From a virus (taxonomy: Duplodnaviria > Caudoviricetes), in the IMG/VR virus record IMGVR_UViG_3300028591_000150, positions 1-64,000 of that record: a stretch of DNA of 64,000 nt, one strand, 5' to 3'. Under the pieces are notes generated by a model. The model was not told where the DNA came from and made no database searches. It saw nothing but the letters and a program-made list of their open reading frames with translations. The position numbers and the translations under genes are program-made. Below are positions 17,784 to 27,446 of the stretch, piece after piece (positions within the stretch are counted from its first letter, which is position 1; each line of letters starts with the position of its first letter).

Positions 17784-20700
17784 TTATCCGCCGTAGCGAG
17801 ACATGAACTTCATGCCAGATTTGACCTCTTCTATGAGACCGCCCGTGCCATATTTTTTAATGTGTGCAGGTATTCCGTTCTGCTGAAGTTTCGTGACGGT
17901 CTGTGTGAAAACGCTGATGGCTGATGTAAGAGCACGTGCATCCTCACTGCTCAGGCCTAAGTTAGAGCCGTCAGGCATAGTGGCTGCAACCTGCTCTACG
18001 TTTCCGCTATCAAATGGACTATAGCCCTTTCCGCCATACTTTTCGTAGTTTGCAAGATATTTGATAAGTTCAGGTTCATTCATCATAATGGCCTGTGTTG
18101 TCTTTCGACCTACCACTATTTCAGGTCCGTTTTCAGCTACAAGTGCAGGTTGTCCTTGCACAGTGGTGGCAATGGGATGCGTTACGAGTCCGTCCTTGGG
18201 TTGTGCCTCCTCAGTAGCGGTATATACTTTACCGTCCTGGCCGATGAAGCGCTTTACGTTACCCTCGTCATAGGTAAGCATCCCAGATGCAAGTTTAACC
18301 TTCGGTGTGTTAGTGGCCTTTGACGATTCCGTACCTGCAGTGCTTTTTGCACTACTGAGCAATCCCATTAGCAATGCTGTGATTACGCCGATAAGAGGAA
18401 TACCCCACCAACCAAGTGTTCCAATAATCTTAGACGCTCCCTCGCTGATGCCGAACATGGTCATAATCGTCGCCTTACCACCTTCCTGCGTCACCTCGGC
18501 TGCATCCTGTGCGGATTTTACGCCAAGGGCAGTTGCGCCGATTCCTGTTTGGGCAGAAATCCGACCCATTTCTCCTGATATTTGGATATTGGTCATCTCG
18601 ACCTGATGCTTCATTTCTTCCATCTCCATCTGCTTGTAGAAAAGATTCTGTTGGAGTTTCTTCATCAGGTTCTCGCTGGCCATCTTCAACGTCAGCTTGG
18701 CGTACTCGATGCCCATATTCTTCGCCATCTGCCCGAATGTGAGCTTCCCTTCCCTGCTGATACCCTGCCACATCTCGCCAAGCATTGTTCCGACTTCCTC
18801 TCCCCATTCATTGAGCGGTTCGCTCAGGGTCTGTATTTTTTCCATGCGCTCTGCGACTTCTGCGCTCACTTTCTCGGCCAATGCAGCGGCCTCTTTCAGC
18901 ATCTCGTTCTGCTTCTCCATTATGAGTTCCTCGCTGGCATTACGTGCCTGCAAGTCTTCCAATTCGCGAGCTCGCCACTCCATTCGGTTTTTGATTCTGG
19001 CAATTTCAGGGTCATCGGCTATTTCATCTATAAAGCCATACGTCTGTCCAAACGTTTCGCCCTGTCCGCTGATTTTACGCAGACTGTCTTGCGTCTCGAA
19101 GGCTGTGTTATCTTGTTTCTCCTGGGCCTCCCACCCCATCGCCTGCCATCGTTCGCCGAACTCGCGCTTCTCCTGCTCATAGTTGCGTTTCAGAGCTGCG
19201 TAGTAGTCCGAGTCCATATCAATCATCGTCTTGTAGAATGCCTGCATCTGCTCCTTATACTGCTCTGGCTTCTCCATCCACTCATCCAGTCTTGGGAACA
19301 TGGAAGCAAATGACTCGCGGATTTTGTTGCCATCTGCATCAACTGTGTTCATCAGGGCATCAATCATGTTACGGAGTTCCAGTACATCGTCTTCATCTAC
19401 GCCATAGAACTTCTTTGTGTCCATCTTCACTACCTTGCTGGCAAGAGCCTGCACGTCCTTCGTATTGGCTACTATCTCGGTACCGTCTGCCAACTGTTTA
19501 ACCACCTTGTCGTAGCCGTCCGTAATGAGTCCCAACTTCACAAGTTTGTCACCGAACGTGCGCTGTGCCTGCTCCACATACTCATACTGCATCAGTATCT
19601 TGTCAACCTCCTGTTGAATGGCAGCCTGACGTCGTTGGATGTTCAGTTCATTCTGGGCAGCGTTCTTTCGGACATCGTTCAACCAGGCATTGCTGTCAAG
19701 TCCGAAGACTGAATCCGAGCCGTCATACTTGCGCAGTACGGCTCCCTTCTTTGCGGGGTCTGCCTGTTGTATGCGACCAATAGCGGCACGACTGACTGCA
19801 TCGTCACGCTTTACGAGGTCCTGCTCGAGTTTTTTGCGTTCGTTCTCAAACTCATTCGGATCTCCGGCAATAGCGCGACGTGCTTCGAGAAGCATCTTGT
19901 CCTTGCGGTCCTGAATGTGCTTAACCAGCATTTCAAAATCACTACCCTTCAACTGTCCGTTTGCGGCCAGTTCGTTGGCAGCAGCCTCCTGTAAGCGGTA
20001 AAACTCCTCAATGGAACCGATGATCGCTTTGGTGGACTTTTCTGCCTCCTTCTTTTCTTCAACCATCCACTCTGGGGCTTTGGCCTTATTATCAGTCTTG
20101 TTGGTGTCAGAAACATTGCCACCGCCTCCACCTCCGTCATCGCTCTCAGGTTCTGGTTTTATGCTGAGACTATCAATCCTATCCTTCAGCTTGTCCATAT
20201 CCTTATCAATATCGGAAATGGTTTTATCAATGTTTGTGATAGAACGCTCTGTACCCTCATACTCGTCAATAATACCCGGCTTCATAGCGGCAGCTCCGCG
20301 TTGCGCTATACCCGCCTCTTGGAATCCACCAGCACTTCTTGTCGCCTCGCTGACAAAATCTTTCTGCTCCTGATATGCCTTTTTGTTCTTCTCATATTTG
20401 TCTTTATTTTCTTTTTTCCATTGTTCCTTTTCCTCCTTTTCGTCCTCCAAAGCCATACGCTTATTCTCCAACTCGGTAATCTTGTTGGCATAAGCACGTG
20501 CACGGGCTGATTTGATTATTTCGTCGGTCAAGTCTCTGTAAGCATTGGCGGCAAGATTGGCAATGGTTTTCTCATTGGCCAACTTCTCGTAATATTCCTT
20601 ATATCTTGCATCGCCAACCATGTCGCGCAAGGCCTTTTTACGTTCTTCGATACTCTTTGTCTGATCTTGTGTGGCATCGTAAAGTTTCTTCAACTCTACA

Positions 20701-22550
20701 CGCTGGCGGATGCTTTCCTCCTTTGCCTCCTTTTCTGCCTCTTCCAATATGTCAAGACTGTTGGCGGCGTCTTTTGATGCTTTTGCCATGTCACAGATAT
20801 ATGATACAGCAAAAGCAATGGCAGTTGCACCAAGTACCCACACATTAGATTTCATGAAAGCTGAGAGTCGAGCCATACCGGTACTTGCGGTTGTGATTGC
20901 AGCATTCAGTGCTGTGAACTCAACCCATAGTTTCCTGATAGCCTGTGCAGCGCCATAGAACATGAATGCTCTTATGAGTGTGGGCAGTAATTTCATCAAA
21001 ATGCCGATGACCGAAGCGATAGAATAAAGCGAATTTTTGACGCTTGTCATCCATGTATCACTCTCGGTCAATTCCTTTGACAAATCATACCACTCTTCTG
21101 CCAATTTCTTGACCGTATCAACGCCTTCAGGATTGACGAATGCTTTCTCCCAGATATTGTTAGCCCTTTCGAGAACAGCGGCAGCGCTGGCATTTTGCAA
21201 TTCATATTCGTTGATGACAGCCGTGCCTTCAATGAAAGCATCGGTAGATGTCTTCAAGTGTGTGCGAAGCATATCCACGTTATTGGCCATAGCGGTCATT
21301 ACCGTTGTCATACGGGCGCCCTCAGAACCAAGTAACTTGAATATTTCCGGATATTTGTTCAAGTTGCCCAAACCCTGCATCTTGTCAAAGACCATTACCA
21401 TAGCCTGCATAGCCTGATTTTGGTCGTACATGGAACGGATGGTGCCCTGATCAATATTGAGGAACTTTTCTATCGCATCCGCGTTCTTATATATAGCAGG
21501 GAACATCTTTGCAAATGCCGTAGAAGCCTTTTCTGCTTCCAAGCCACTTGACTCTGTAGCAGAAGCGAGGCCTAACAACTCGTCAGTTGTCACATTAGCG
21601 GACTTTGCAACAGGCATAAGACGTTTCGCGAAGTCAACAATACCAGTACCTGTAGAAACGCTGGATGTATAAAGTTGGAAGATGGCGCTGGCTGTCTTCT
21701 GCATAGCCTCTTCTACGCCATACTTGCGTATTAGGTCCATATTCTCCGTCAACTTTGCCATTGCGGGAAGTGCCTCTTCGCCCATTTCTTCGCCAAGTGC
21801 CATCTGGACTTGCTCTGCAGCCTTCACAAACCCAGTCAGGCCCTCCACACCATAGTTGCCGATACCAAGTTTACCGCCTTGGTACGCCAAATCCATCAGT
21901 GTGTTGACAGTGTTGCGGGTATCTATCTTAGTCAGATTCTGATATAACTGATTGACGTCTTCAACGGCTAATCCGCTCACCTTACGCACGTTCATAATGG
22001 CATCGGAAAGCTCGTAGTTCTTCCTAACCATCTCCGTCATCTTATTCCTGACGAAGTTGAAAGCGGCAAACACGCCCATGTAAGCGGTGATATTACGAAC
22101 GGCAGTTTGCCATACGGTATTATGCGTAGCCCCGAACTTGTTTGTTTCGCCGGTAAGCCTTGCCATTTGGTTTTGGATTTTTCTCAAATCATCAACCAGC
22201 TGCTTGCGCTTGGGGTCACGCTCTGACATATTGTTGAGTGCCGCCTTACCCTCCTGAAGGGCTTTCTTCAAGTCCTTCAGTTTGGCACCTGCAAGGTCTT
22301 TCATCACTTCGCCAAGCTTCTTCTGTTCGTCGCGGTTCTTCTGAATGTTGGTGCGCATAGCGTCCATCGCCCTTTCCAAGTCTTTCAGACGCTTTTTCTC
22401 ATCGTTTTCTGCATAGCCGCGCTGCTTGATAACGTTCAGCAGATTCTCCTCTTCTCTTGCAAGAGCGGCCATACCACGTTCTAAGCCCTCAATGACAGCC
22501 TTGACGTTTGTGGCGTTACAAGTGATGATGACTTCTTTCTTCTTAGCCAT
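17784..22550 (-). CDS. Tail tape measure protein
   Basis: 1588 aa, helical, TP901-type region (VRKVSGL...LAYQGGKLG), hydrophobic segments, C-terminal LVAENGPEIV. Confidence 0.9.
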   Translation of the reverse strand: MAKKKEVIITCNATNVKAVIEGLERGMAALAREEENLLNVIKQRGYAENDEKKRLKDLERAMDAMRTNIQKNRDEQKKLGEVMKDLAGAKLKDLKKALQEGKAALNNMSERDPKRKQLVDDLRKIQNQMARLTGETNKFGATHNTVWQTAVRNITAYMGVFAAFNFVRNKMTEMVRKNYELSDAIMNVRKVSGLAVEDVNQLYQNLTKIDTRNTVNTLMDLAYQGGKLGIGNYGVEGLTGFVKAAEQVQMALGEEMGEEALPAMAKLTENMDLIRKYGVEEAMQKTASAIFQLYTSSVSTGTGIVDFAKRLMPVAKSANVTTDELLGLASATESSGLEAEKASTAFAKMFPAIYKNADAIEKFLNIDQGTIRSMYDQNQAMQAMVMVFDKMQGLGNLNKYPEIFKLLGSEGARMTTVMTAMANNVDMLRTHLKTSTDAFIEGTAVINEYELQNASAAAVLERANNIWEKAFVNPEGVDTVKKLAEEWYDLSKELTESDTWMTSVKNSLYSIASVIGILMKLLPTLIRAFMFYGAAQAIRKLWVEFTALNAAITTASTGMARLSAFMKSNVWVLGATAIAFAVSYICDMAKASKDAANSLDILEEAEKEAKEESIRQRVELKKLYDATQDQTKSIEERKKALRDMVGDARYKEYYEKLANEKTIANLAANAYRDLTDEIIKSARARAYANKITELENKRMALEDEKEEKEQWKKENKDKYEKNKKAYQEQKDFVSEATRSAGGFQEAGIAQRGAAAMKPGIIDEYEGTERSITNIDKTISDIDKDMDKLKDRIDSLSIKPEPESDDGGGGGGNVSDTNKTDNKAKAPEWMVEEKKEAEKSTKAIIGSIEEFYRLQEAAANELAANGQLKGSDFEMLVKHIQDRKDKMLLEARRAIAGDPNEFENERKKLEQDLVKRDDAVSRAAIGRIQQADPAKKGAVLRKYDGSDSVFGLDSNAWLNDVRKNAAQNELNIQRRQAAIQQEVDKILMQYEYVEQAQRTFGDKLVKLGLITDGYDKVVKQLADGTEIVANTKDVQALASKVVKMDTKKFYGVDEDDVLELRNMIDALMNTVDADGNKIRESFASMFPRLDEWMEKPEQYKEQMQAFYKTMIDMDSDYYAALKRNYEQEKREFGERWQAMGWEAQEKQDNTAFETQDSLRKISGQGETFGQTYGFIDEIADDPEIARIKNRMEWRARELEDLQARNASEELIMEKQNEMLKEAAALAEKVSAEVAERMEKIQTLSEPLNEWGEEVGTMLGEMWQGISREGKLTFGQMAKNMGIEYAKLTLKMASENLMKKLQQNLFYKQMEMEEMKHQVEMTNIQISGEMGRISAQTGIGATALGVKSAQDAAEVTQEGGKATIMTMFGISEGASKIIGTLGWWGIPLIGVITALLMGLLSSAKSTAGTESSKATNTPKVKLASGMLTYDEGNVKRFIGQDGKVYTATEEAQPKDGLVTHPIATTVQGQPALVAENGPEIVVGRKTTQAIMMNEPELIKYLANYEKYGGKGYSPFDSGNVEQVAATMPDGSNLGLSSEDARALTSAISVFTQTVTKLQQNGIPAHIKKYGTGGLIEEVKSGMKFMSRYGG

Positions 22551-22590
22551 AGCTTATATCTTATTGAAAATTGAGAATTGAAATTGAAAA

Positions 22591-23124
22591 TTAGCCCACA
22601 TAGAGCGTAAGATCTTGGAAGGTGTCAAGCATCCTAAACTCGTACTTCTTGCCATAGAAGTCGCTGACGTAATCCTCCAATCTGGTAAGCAGATGGTTCA
22701 ACTCAGGCTGTATTACAGGACGGTGTGTTTGACCACCAGAAGGTTTCCACTGTGTGTAGCGGTTACGATAGCGCACCTTTCGGCTACGCTCAACGTCTTC
22801 TGCCTTTGCCCAAGTACCCACGCCGATGTCCACATACTGCATATAGTCATTGTAGCGGAAGGCCATCGTCACTATACCCGTCTGCTCATCTGCTTCGATG
22901 ACCTCTCCATCGAATGACTTTGCGCCCTCACCGGTCGATACCCATCCTCCAAGCGTCTTTCGTCGCTCGTTACGCACTCTGTAGCCAGGATATACCTCGT
23001 AAGGCCAGACACGCTGCGTCATCATGTTGATTTGCAGCCGCTGCAGCGTCTGTTGCTTGAACAATTCGGCGATGTATTGCATCGCAAACAGTTCCCTACC
23101 CTCTTGTGCTACGATTGTTGCCAT
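22591..23124 (-). CDS. Putative neck/tail-completion protein
   Basis: 177 aa, in portal-to-tape-measure operon. Confidence 0.5.
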   Translation of the reverse strand: MATIVAQEGRELFAMQYIAELFKQQTLQRLQINMMTQRVWPYEVYPGYRVRNERRKTLGGWVSTGEGAKSFDGEVIEADEQTGIVTMAFRYNDYMQYVDIGVGTWAKAEDVERSRKVRYRNRYTQWKPSGGQTHRPVIQPELNHLLTRLEDYVSDFYGKKYEFRMLDTFQDLTLYVG

Positions 23125-23136
23125 GTCATAATGCCG

Positions 23137-23733
23137 TTAAATGTATCTCTCTTGGTTGATGCACAACAATCTTGGGGCATTCTGTTCGATGATTAGGCTG
23201 CAAACTTGCCAGCCTGATATTTTAGCAGGTATTGTTCCCCAGTTTGATTTTTCAAGTTGGAGACCGCGCAATCCTTCACGGTACTGAGCATCAGATGCAG
23301 TCTGTTGGATGAACTGTTGAACCTCGACCGGAAGGGCACTGGTTTGTTCCGCCTGGAGCGACTTGCCGCCAACGATACCCTTCATTGCCCAGAGCACGGC
23401 GAGCAAGTCCTGCACCATTTCGTCGGTCAGGAAGCGGGCTTCGGTTGCAGCGTCCTCGTCCGTGACGTCTGTCTTATCCTGCGCGTTCTGCTGCTTGCTC
23501 AGGAAGTAAATCACATGGCGGTAGTTGATAGCCTTCGGGTTCTGTTGTGCAAGTTCGGCGTCGATATGTGTGGCGTATGCCAAAGCAACGCCGTCCATCA
23601 TGTTGTAGTTGCGGATGAAGTAACTTTGCGCATCAATCATCGAGATGCGGAAGAATTTCTTCGATTCAACACTGTGCGACAGGGGTTTGTAAAGTTCTGC
23701 CCAGCGTTCGAGGATGTTATCTAGTCTAAACAT
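23137..23733 (-). CDS. Putative tail terminator/neck protein
   Basis: Start MFRLDN at 23733; synteny. Confidence 0.45.
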   Translation of the reverse strand: MFRLDNILERWAELYKPLSHSVESKKFFRISMIDAQSYFIRNYNMMDGVALAYATHIDAELAQQNPKAINYRHVIYFLSKQQNAQDKTDVTDEDAATEARFLTDEMVQDLLAVLWAMKGIVGGKSLQAEQTSALPVEVQQFIQQTASDAQYREGLRGLQLEKSNWGTIPAKISGWQVCSLIIEQNAPRLLCINQERYI

Positions 23734-23747
23734 ATCGCGAGTTGTTT

Positions 23748-24248
23748 TTAGGAAAGTAAAGCTGCAACAAGTGATGTATAACAAATGCACTCTGACAAGA
23801 ACACACCCTTGCCTTTAAGGGACTTGCCAAGCCATCCTTCTGGCTGAACACGAGTGCTGCCAATAAGAAACAACCATAGCATCCAAACGGCAAGCCACTG
23901 AGCGTTTAAAGCAAGTACGCAAACCTGCGATAGGATGCCAGCGGAGATTCCGAAGATATTGTGCAACTTGCGCATGTCCTGTTGTACGAGCGGTGTGACA
24001 GCAGTTCCAAAGAGACAGACGACAGTAAGGAATGCTATGAAGGACAGACTGTCTGGCATTGATTCCAACATCGGCGGAAGAAGTAGCCCTCCGATTGTGA
24101 AGAGCCATGCACCCCATAGCCACTGACCTGCATTAGGCAGTAGATATACCATTGCGGAAACCGAATCGGGCATCTGCCGTTTACTCCAGATGACTGCGCC
24201 AACATAGAGCACAGCAAAAACAGAAGATATAATAATAAGGAATGTCAT
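23748..24248 (-). CDS. Multi-pass membrane protein
   Basis: About five hydrophobic helices; start MTFLIIISS at 24248. Confidence 0.7.
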   Translation of the reverse strand: MTFLIIISSVFAVLYVGAVIWSKRQMPDSVSAMVYLLPNAGQWLWGAWLFTIGGLLLPPMLESMPDSLSFIAFLTVVCLFGTAVTPLVQQDMRKLHNIFGISAGILSQVCVLALNAQWLAVWMLWLFLIGSTRVQPEGWLGKSLKGKGVFLSECICYTSLVAALLS

Positions 24249-24267
24249 AATGTTCAAGTGTTGTGTG

Positions 24268-25410
24268 TTACAGCAGCGGCATTGTGACATGCAGAGCCAT
24301 GTCGGAATTATTGAAATCAGAGGGGGAACATTGACCATTGACCATTGACGACTGACCATTGGTGTCAGGCTCAGGTTGTGGTTTGATGTAAAGCGGACTG
24401 TTGTGGTATGCTTCTGCATTATCGCCTAGGGCTGTAATAATACTGTCCTGGTGCTGTCGGCAATAGTCGCAGAACGAACCGAGGAGGCGCACACCTTCGT
24501 CGTGGGCGTCTATCTTGCGCTGCTTATCCACATTGATGACGGATGTGCGACTTTCAAGCAGTGTGGCCATAATCTTGCGGAGTTTGTGCAGGATTCGACG
24601 CATCATCGGGTCTATGTTGGCATCGTCAGCCAGCGACTTCGGACTTGAAGCGTAGGCAGCGGTGGCATCGCGCTTGGTTCCTCCTGATATCTGCATACCG
24701 ACAATGGCCTCTGTGAAGTCCTCCCCGATAGCCGGCGCTATCTGTTCCTCCTGAATGAAGTGGAGGTCTGGCAGCATCTGTATGAACTTCTCGCGGCTGT
24801 CATAGATATTCAGATACTCCTGCAGCACCACGGAGCTTGGAATCAGTAACTGTGCGCAGAGATAGAAATATCGGCTGCTGCGCCAGAAATTGACAATCTC
24901 GTAGAGGTCGTAATCGTTGTTCTTTTTCGACTTTTCATGTGGAACAGGTTCCACATCCTCTGCATCCGGACAGATGGACGTCCATTGTTCGAGTGTATAG
25001 AGCAGGCGGTTCAGTGAGCTGTGCGCTTCTTTGATATAAGAGAGTTTTGCTCTGGCGATGGCATCGCTATCTGCAGGTTTGTAGTCTTCGGCAAGGCTCA
25101 TGTTTATGCCCGCATTGTTCATGGATATCGACTGCTGATCTATCGAACGACTCATTGCATCGAAGGCCACACAGCGCTGTGCCATGAGTAAAAGTCTGTT
25201 GTAGTAGCCCAAATCATTGCCGTAAGACTTAACGTATGACTCTTTTTGTTCTTCGTACCACTGGCAGAGTTTTTCATACAGTGGCTGACCAAGCGGGTTC
25301 AAGAGAAACTCATGCTCTGAGTTCTCAATAAAGCCACTAAATGCCTCGATATGGTCGATAGCATGTGTGGGGAAATAGAGCCGAAGCTCTTGGATGGTGG
25401 TGATAAGCAT
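24268..25410 (-). CDS. Putative head-tail adaptor (DUF6712-like)
   Basis: MLITTIQELR N-terminus, directly after portal. Confidence 0.6.
   Translation of the reverse strand: MLITTIQELRLYFPTHAIDHIEAFSGFIENSEHEFLLNPLGQPLYEKLCQWYEEQKESYVKSYGNDLGYYNRLLLMAQRCVAFDAMSRSIDQQSISMNNAGINMSLAEDYKPADSDAIARAKLSYIKEAHSSLNRLLYTLEQWTSICPDAEDVEPVPHEKSKKNNDYDLYEIVNFWRSSRYFYLCAQLLIPSSVVLQEYLNIYDSREKFIQMLPDLHFIQEEQIAPAIGEDFTEAIVGMQISGGTKRDATAAYASSPKSLADDANIDPMMRRILHKLRKIMATLLESRTSVINVDKQRKIDAHDEGVRLLGSFCDYCRQHQDSIITALGDNAEAYHNSPLYIKPQPEPDTNGQSSMVNGQCSPSDFNNSDMALHVTMPLL
24329..24361. repeat. Heptamer tandem repeat (CATTGAC)n inside CDS
   Basis: cattgac cattgac cattgac gactgac cattg. Confidence 0.8.
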
Positions 25411-25449
25411 AGCTGTTATTCCGTTATTTCGTTATTACGATGAGTCAGC

Positions 25450-27282
25450 TTAGTTATTTTCGGCCTCGGTCAGGCCTGTCTTGCTGTTGTCGAGGGTAGT
25501 GAGCACTTCCTTCTTGATCTGCCATGTCAGGTGAGTGTCCCATTTATTGCGCGTATTGACAACATTGAGGCTATTCATCACAAGCGACTGCATGGTGCTC
25601 ATGTTGATTTGCTTCAAGAGGTAGCGTTCGCGCAGGTCGGTACCGCCGCTTCGTGTGGTGGTGCCTGGCGTGTTGCCAATGAGTTGGCTATCGACGCCCC
25701 ATGCAAAAAGGATGATGCTGGAGATTTCAGCCAGTTCCTCCTTGTTGGCCTCTGCCTGCGACTTGTTATTCTCCTCCACCTCGACGATTTCCCATGACTT
25801 GTACACCTTTCCGTCGGCATCCTTGAAGGTATAGGCTAGCAGCGGTTCGCCCATATTGTCGCGGTTCTTCAAGAACTGGTTGATGGAGGAAATGACCTCA
25901 TTGAAGAGTTTCTTCTTGTCCTCGTCGGTTGTGCAGGCCCGCTGATGGTAGAGGCGCTGCATGTACTCGTCGTTCAGGTACAGAATCCTGCCTATCACAT
26001 TGGCGTTGTCGCGGCGCTTCTTGCGGTCGGCAATGAGTAGCGACGCATAGGTATAGACATCTCCGCTGAACACCGAGTACCAGGCAGGAACTGGATAATA
26101 AGGATGGCCGTACTCGTTGTAGATGACGGGCATCACTACATGAGTAGGTCTGGCGTCCTTTGTTGCATTAGTGGCTCGGGCGTTTCGAGCAAGTCGCTCC
26201 ATGTCGGCTGCTGGTGATTGATAACTAAGCGCGGGAAGCGCATCGACCTTGAAATCACTATCCTTCGTGATGACGGTCTGTTCAGGCGATGAAAGCCAGC
26301 GGTTGCTGATGAATACATGTTCTATGCGGTTTTGTTGGTTAAGTTGTTCCAGTCGCATTGTCTTGGCGTTGCGCCATTTCAGTCCTACAATCTTTGGCGA
26401 CCATTGCGAGTCAGGCACAGGAATCTTGACTGAATTGCCCTGCGCGTTGGTTGAATCCACTTGGTAGGTCTGCTGCAACTCGAACTCTGGGAAGCAGATG
26501 TTGTACTGCAGCATATCCGAGTAGAGATGCTGGAAGGTCTGCAACAGATTGTTTTTTTCCAGGAAGGCCTTTACCTCGGCGTTGGTCCGCTCCCATGCGG
26601 CGAGTTCCTCTTGAAGTTTTTGTATTTGTTCGCGAATGTCCTCGGCAAGGGAGTTATCACCACCTGCGGAACCAGTGATAGCACTGACACCAGCCTCCAG
26701 ACCGCTGCCTTCGCCTGCTGGAGGTGTGGTGGCATTGAGGCCGCTCAGTTCCCGCTTCAGGTCTCTGATCCAACCTTTGATCAGGACACCGGCATCCTCA
26801 TAGGGAACGGCTTTATGGGTGATATTCCCGCCAACGTACTGCGAATAGGAGTACATAGGACGGGGACCCATGCCGCAGCACATGTCGATATTGAACTTCA
26901 GGGCGGCTGCCGTATAAGGCAGCAGGGAACAGAAGAAGCTGACAACGTTGGGCGTCTTGTTGCCTGCGCCCCATGACATCATATTGCCCTCGTAGCCATT
27001 CTGCGCCTTGATGGGAATAGCTCCGCCGCTCGACATGGGCAGTATCGGAAGTCTGACTTTTCCTTTTTCACCTGCGTTCTGTTCACATGCCAGTGAAGCG
27101 CTGATATAATCACCGTAGTCTGCACTGATCTCGCCGCCATTTCCGCCGCTTAGTCTGACAGGAATTTCAATAAAGCCTGCATTACGAAGTCGCTGCGCCT
27201 CCTTCTCGAACTCCCGACGGCTATGAACCGTCGTTACTGGACTGCCAAGCGCTGTCGCGTTTGTTTTCTTTTTGTTTGCCAT
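25450..27282 (-). CDS. Portal protein
   Basis: About 610 aa; WGAGNKTPN, YYPVPAW and LIGNTPG...SGGTDLRE motifs typical of Bacteroidetes phage portals; first gene of neck/tail operon. Confidence 0.8.
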   Translation of the reverse strand: MANKKKTNATALGSPVTTVHSRREFEKEAQRLRNAGFIEIPVRLSGGNGGEISADYGDYISASLACEQNAGEKGKVRLPILPMSSGGAIPIKAQNGYEGNMMSWGAGNKTPNVVSFFCSLLPYTAAALKFNIDMCCGMGPRPMYSYSQYVGGNITHKAVPYEDAGVLIKGWIRDLKRELSGLNATTPPAGEGSGLEAGVSAITGSAGGDNSLAEDIREQIQKLQEELAAWERTNAEVKAFLEKNNLLQTFQHLYSDMLQYNICFPEFELQQTYQVDSTNAQGNSVKIPVPDSQWSPKIVGLKWRNAKTMRLEQLNQQNRIEHVFISNRWLSSPEQTVITKDSDFKVDALPALSYQSPAADMERLARNARATNATKDARPTHVVMPVIYNEYGHPYYPVPAWYSVFSGDVYTYASLLIADRKKRRDNANVIGRILYLNDEYMQRLYHQRACTTDEDKKKLFNEVISSINQFLKNRDNMGEPLLAYTFKDADGKVYKSWEIVEVEENNKSQAEANKEELAEISSIILFAWGVDSQLIGNTPGTTTRSGGTDLRERYLLKQINMSTMQSLVMNSLNVVNTRNKWDTHLTWQIKKEVLTTLDNSKTGLTEAENN

Positions 27283-27310
27283 ATCAACGTATGTTAATGT
27301 TTTTATAGCA

Positions 27311-27345
27311 CAAAGGTAGCGCACATCTTTTTATATATACGGACA
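27311..27345 (-). promoter_or_regulatory. Late-type promoter of portal operon (TGTCCG-N21-TACCTTTG)
   Basis: Exact motif and spacing. Confidence 0.75.
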
Positions 27346-27384
27346 TAAGGTGCAGACGGACAGAGGTGAATCAGGCATGTTTTA

Positions 27385-27419
27385 TGTCCGTATGCTTTTG
27401 CTTCAATGCGCTAACTTTG
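27385..27419 (+). promoter_or_regulatory. Late-type promoter of packaging operon (TGTCCG-N21-TAACTTTG)
   Basis: Exact motif and spacing; divergent from 27311..27345. Confidence 0.75.
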
Positions 27420-27446
27420 TCGCAGAAACCAATAATATTTTACACT

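Noticed and set aside
23127-23138. ACGGCATTATG as a third copy of the operon leader motif
   Set aside because: Its ATG is out of frame with the gene starting at 23124 and the CTAATTC part is missing
27357-27362. Extra TGTCCG (minus) between the divergent promoters
   Set aside because: No -7 box at the right spacing; could be an auxiliary site but unsupported
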